Shown: positions 60,603 through 64,000 of the stretch, piece after piece
Layout of the letters: every line of letters begins with the position of its first letter
Numbering within the stretch: position 1 is the stretch's first letter
Source: Hyalangium minutum
GTDB lineage: Bacteria; Myxococcota; Myxococcia; Myxococcales; Myxococcaceae
Direction of reading: 5' to 3'
Length of the DNA stretch: 64,000 nucleotides
NCBI RefSeq assembly: GCF_000737315.1
Contig: NZ_JMCB01000014.1
Coordinates: 186,001-250,000 of the forward strand
Program-made: the position numbers and the translations under genes
Notes under the pieces: generated by a model
Told to the model about the DNA's origin: nothing
Seen by the model: only the letters and a program-made list of their open reading frames with translations
Database searches by the model: none

Positions 60603-60989
60603 ATGGGCAAGATTGCGTTTGGAATGACGACGTCGCTCGACGGCTACATCAACGACCGCAGGGGCGGATTCGGCTGGGGCCACGTGAGCGAGGATGTGCA
60701 CAGGTTCACCCAAACGGAGCAGGAGCGCGAAGGGCTGGCGATATACGGGCGGCGCATGTACGAGACGATGGTCTACTGGGACACCGCCGATCAGGACGAG
60801 AGTCTCGCTCCCTCCATCCGAGACTTCTCCCGCGTCTGGCAGGCTGTCGACAAGCTCGTCGTCTCGAAGAGCCTCGAAAAGGTGACGAGCAAGCGGACGC
60901 GGCTGGTCCGCGAGCTGAGCGCCGACGACCTCCGGCGCCTCAAGGCCGAAACAGATCCGGGCCGACGCTCGCCGCTTCGTACGCTATAG
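60603..60989 (+). pseudogene. 3'-truncated dihydrofolate reductase/RibD-C family gene
   Basis: M.TSLDGYI, GRRMYE, K.VVSKSL intact up to ...RLKAETD (~60956); the expected GG..LA..LIDE..L C-terminal part is absent. Confidence 0.7.
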
Positions 60990-61041
60990 GGTCCTGAGCT
61001 GAGGAAGAGAGGGTTGGCCGTACCCGCGCGGCCGAGTAAGC

Positions 61042-62091
61042 TTGCAGCGCGTGGCCTTCGACAATCGCTTGCCCAACGTGGTCGCGTTCGGTGACAGCAA
61101 CGAGTACGTATTCGGACCCGCGTTGAAGCGCTGGTTGGTCGCTGCGGGTCACTATCCGGCCGAGCAGATCGTCGTGAAGTACCGTGTGAGTTCGCGGCCG
61201 AGGAACTGGCTCGCGACCGGCGACCGCCTACACGCGGGCGACTTCGGCAATCTCTGGGGCACACGCGGGCAGTTTTCCGAGGGCCCGCCGATCGCCGAGG
61301 CGCTGTCGCCCGCGACCGTGCTGGTCGAGATCGGGCTGGGCGGCAACCTCGGACTGTCGGACACCGAGGCCCGCAGCGTGGTCGCGCTCGTCGAGCAGGT
61401 CGCGCGGCTCGCCCCCTACGCGCGCATTCTGTGGCGCGGCCTGCCGCCTGCGACAGCGAGCAACGGTGGGAAGGTCGCCACGCGTGCGACCAAGCTTGGC
61501 CGCTACAAGCGCAACGCGGCGCTCAAGCGCGCGCTCGCACCGGCCGGCTTCGCGCTCTTCGGCGCGCAACTCACCGCCGGGCACGACTCGGCCGCGTTTC
61601 GCCGCGGCTATCTTGATCTCATCGCGATGCACGCGGGCGGCCCCGCCCCGGGCGACACCGCGCACGTCGGGACCGACGCAGCGCTCGCGTACGAGCGCTC
61701 GGTGCTCGCGAGCGCGACGCGTGCGGATGCCGTCGCGGGTGAGCAGGTGATCCGCGGGCCGTGGACCGAGTACGTGCACTCGCGCGATGAGATGGAGGTC
61801 CACGTGCCGCAGGCCGCCACCGACGCGCTGGTGTCGCAGCAACTGGGCCCGCGCGGCGTCTACGGCCACACCCCACCGCCGCGCCCCACGGAGGGCTATG
61901 CCGCCGACGTCGTCGTGCACGACGCGTGGATCCGCAGCGGGCCCCCGAGCTTTCGCTGGCTGCGGCCCGGCATCATCCCGATCGGCACGCCGTTGCTCGT
62001 GCAGGACTGGCAGGGCGAGTACGCGCTCGTGCGCGGCTTCGATGGCCGCGACTGGGGTTGGACCTCGCGCGCCAACCTTCGCTTTCGCTGA
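61042..62091 (+). CDS. SGNH/GDSL hydrolase with C-terminal SH3b-like domain
   Basis: FGDSN (block I), GLGGN (block III), candidate DTAH (block V); C-terminal IPIGT.L.V......V...DG..GW; start uncertain (TTG, no clear RBS). Confidence 0.6.
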   Translation: MQRVAFDNRLPNVVAFGDSNEYVFGPALKRWLVAAGHYPAEQIVVKYRVSSRPRNWLATGDRLHAGDFGNLWGTRGQFSEGPPIAEALSPATVLVEIGLGGNLGLSDTEARSVVALVEQVARLAPYARILWRGLPPATASNGGKVATRATKLGRYKRNAALKRALAPAGFALFGAQLTAGHDSAAFRRGYLDLIAMHAGGPAPGDTAHVGTDAALAYERSVLASATRADAVAGEQVIRGPWTEYVHSRDEMEVHVPQAATDALVSQQLGPRGVYGHTPPPRPTEGYAADVVVHDAWIRSGPPSFRWLRPGIIPIGTPLLVQDWQGEYALVRGFDGRDWGWTSRANLRFR

Positions 62092-62138
62092 TGGGTTTCT
62101 GCTAAGTCGGGACGGAACGCTTCAGGGGGCCCAAGAGC

Positions 62139-63143
62139 ATGGCGACGAAGAATCGGGAACCGCAGCCCATCGACGAATACCTGGCGAGCGTAAGTGACCC
62201 GGTGGCGAGGAAGACGCTCGGGGAGCTGCGCCTGCAGCTCCGGAAGCTGCTTCCAGGGGCCGTCGAGACGATCAGCTACCGGATGCCCGCCTTCAAGGTC
62301 GATGGGGACGTCGTGGCGGGCTTCGCGTTCTTCAAGAACCACTGTGGCTACTACCCGTTCAGCGGCGGTGTGGTACCGACACTGAAATCGGAGCTGGAGG
62401 GGTACTCCACGTCGAAGAGCGGCGTCACCTTCCGGCCCGACACGCCGCTGCCGGCGAAGCTGGTGAAGCGGCTGGTGCAGGCACGGCTCGCGGAGATCGC
62501 CACAGGCGGGAAGAAGCCCTCGGCCGCGAAGAAAAAGGCGCTCATCACCGAGCGAGTGACAAACAGCGCAGTGAAGGACGCCACCGGACGGGATTGGAAG
62601 GCCTGGATGCGCGCCTTGGATGCAGCGGGGGCGGCCGAGCTGAACCACCAGCAGCTCGTCGCGCTCGTGGCCCAGGAGGTGGAATCCGGTTGGTGGCAGC
62701 AGTCCATCTCGGTGGCGTATGAGCAAGCTCACGGCAAGCGGGTGGTGGGCGAGACCGCCACGACGGGCTTCCAGGTGGGGGTGGTGCGCACGCTGCCGAT
62801 GACCGCCCCCGAGTTGTGGGACCTGCTCACGAAGCAGGAGGAGCGCTGGCTCGGCCCGGGCGCGGCGCTGAAGCTCGAGCCAGGGAAGGAATATGAGGTT
62901 CCCAAGAAGCGCGGAGCCCCCGGCGTGCGCGGAGTGCTCCGGGTGGTGAAGCCCGGGCAGCGCCTGCGCATGACGTGGCAGCCCGACGGCTGGAAGAAGC
63001 CGGCCACGTTGCAGCTCACCCTGGTGCCCAAGGCGCGGGGCGCCGCTCTCCACGTGCACATGGAGAAGCTGCCGGACGCAAAGGCTCGGGAGGCCATGCG
63101 CGAGCACTGGTCGAAGCTCCTCGTGAAGCTCGCGGCTGGGTGA
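62139..63143 (+). CDS. DUF1801/YdhG domain fused to an SRPBCC/AHSA1-like domain
   Basis: IDEYL, ETISYRMPAF, FKNHCGYYP; ATGRDW..W; PGQRLRMTW. Confidence 0.8.
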   Translation: MATKNREPQPIDEYLASVSDPVARKTLGELRLQLRKLLPGAVETISYRMPAFKVDGDVVAGFAFFKNHCGYYPFSGGVVPTLKSELEGYSTSKSGVTFRPDTPLPAKLVKRLVQARLAEIATGGKKPSAAKKKALITERVTNSAVKDATGRDWKAWMRALDAAGAAELNHQQLVALVAQEVESGWWQQSISVAYEQAHGKRVVGETATTGFQVGVVRTLPMTAPELWDLLTKQEERWLGPGAALKLEPGKEYEVPKKRGAPGVRGVLRVVKPGQRLRMTWQPDGWKKPATLQLTLVPKARGAALHVHMEKLPDAKAREAMREHWSKLLVKLAAG

Positions 63144-63173
63144 GAGGGTTCACGTCAACCTGACGGAGCTGCA

Positions 63174-64000
63174 TCAGGCGGCCTCGGTCGACCTGAGGAT
63201 GGCGAGCGCGGAGTACCAGCCCAACACGGGTCCCGCGCCCGCCCCCAACACAGGGACTGGGAAGTTTCCCAGCTCGGTGACGGCAAAGGTTGCCACGAGG
63301 TAGACAGCGAGCGCCGTCGCCACCGGCGCGCTCTCGCTGCGAGCCCTGTGCAACCACACCGAGCCGTGAACCAGGGGGACGAAGAGACATCCCACAGCCA
63401 AGAGCGCAGCGAGGAGCCACGGAAGCCCCTGTGCACTGGCCAGATGGAGGATGCGCTCGACATGGGGCACCGCGCCCAGCGGATCGGGCCGCAGCCAGGT
63501 GAGGATGGCTCCCAGACAGGTGACCATGATGCCCGCGAGCCGCCAGCCGATGGCGACGGAATGTGTCGCGACAAAGAGGGCGATGGTGCCAGCACTGAAC
63601 GCGATCGCCTGCCCCGCATCGGGCTGGGCGAAGTGGAGCACCTGAGTCACCGTGGCAACGCTGAGCGCCAGGACGGGGCGCGCTCGAGCCAGGAAGACGC
63701 CGACAGAAAGCAGGAGCCATGGCGTGACGGCTGTCGATGCGTTCAGCCGCAGGGGCCCGACGACGAGCCAGCGCTTCACTCCCTCCAGTCCGGGAAACAG
63801 GAGCGTCGCGGCGAGCAGGAGCAGGGCCACGGCGCCCGCCACCCATGACGGACGCACCTGCACTCTCGAGGAGCGGTGGCCCCACCAAGCTGCCAACATC
63901 AGACCCAGCGCGGCGGCCACGGCATTGATGGCGAAGACTTTTGGGGCGACTCCATGAGCCGAAGCCACCCTGCCGCCGACGAGGATGGCCAGGAACGGCA
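63174..64000 (-). CDS. divergent FtsW/RodA (SEDS)-like membrane protein, 5' end outside the window
   Basis: G.KRWL..GP, QPDAG, GNFPVP.LG.G motifs; frame stays open to the window edge. Confidence 0.65.
   Translation of the reverse strand, partial: PFLAILVGGRVASAHGVAPKVFAINAVAAALGLMLAAWWGHRSSRVQVRPSWVAGAVALLLLAATLLFPGLEGVKRWLVVGPLRLNASTAVTPWLLLSVGVFLARARPVLALSVATVTQVLHFAQPDAGQAIAFSAGTIALFVATHSVAIGWRLAGIMVTCLGAILTWLRPDPLGAVPHVERILHLASAQGLPWLLAALLAVGCLFVPLVHGSVWLHRARSESAPVATALAVYLVATFAVTELGNFPVPVLGAGAGPVLGWYSALAILRSTEAA

Noticed and set aside
60981-61043. CTATAGGG and a HindIII site near the SGNH gene junction, suggesting vector or synthetic sequence
   Set aside because: No full T7 promoter or polylinker; short matches are expected by chance.

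Overview
GC-rich bacterial DNA, most consistent with a myxobacterium (inference from gene content: Ser/Thr kinase, split trp locus, lipoproteins). No rRNA, tRNA, CRISPR array or intact IS element was seen. The left part (1-19.3 kb) is ordinary: a membrane Ser/Thr kinase, a complete Trp locus (aroF-trpDCFBA plus convergent trpEG) with a subclass B1 metallo-beta-lactamase between the two halves, and the four-gene exonuclease/ATP-dependent ligase/Lhr/PdeM DNA-repair cluster. The middle (19.3-42.4 kb) is accessory. It has effector-like orphans, an orphan ExbD, a duplicated-domain lipoprotein and an almost pure RTX protein. It also has a minus-strand run encoding a phosphoesterase-GMC oxidase-hydrolase triple fusion, a polytopic membrane di-heme cytochrome and a split PEP-synthase-like phosphotransferase. 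The standout is 43.05-58.5 kb, a tightly coupled operon headed by a 41-aa precursor peptide that the ORF track misses (43053-43178; leader ...ELTDEQLLQMAEG, core SCTWGANCGK). It is followed by a putative prenyltransferase, a monodomain class II terpene cyclase, two PhyH and two JmjC Fe/2OG oxygenases, a LanM, an S41 peptidase, a GGPP-synthase-like enzyme, a B12-type RiPP radical SAM and a serine hydrolase. This predicts a hybrid cyclised-terpenoid lanthipeptide. The right end has a truncated DHFR-like gene next to an SGNH-SH3 gene of different sequence style. All functional calls come from motif recognition by eye; no database search was run.
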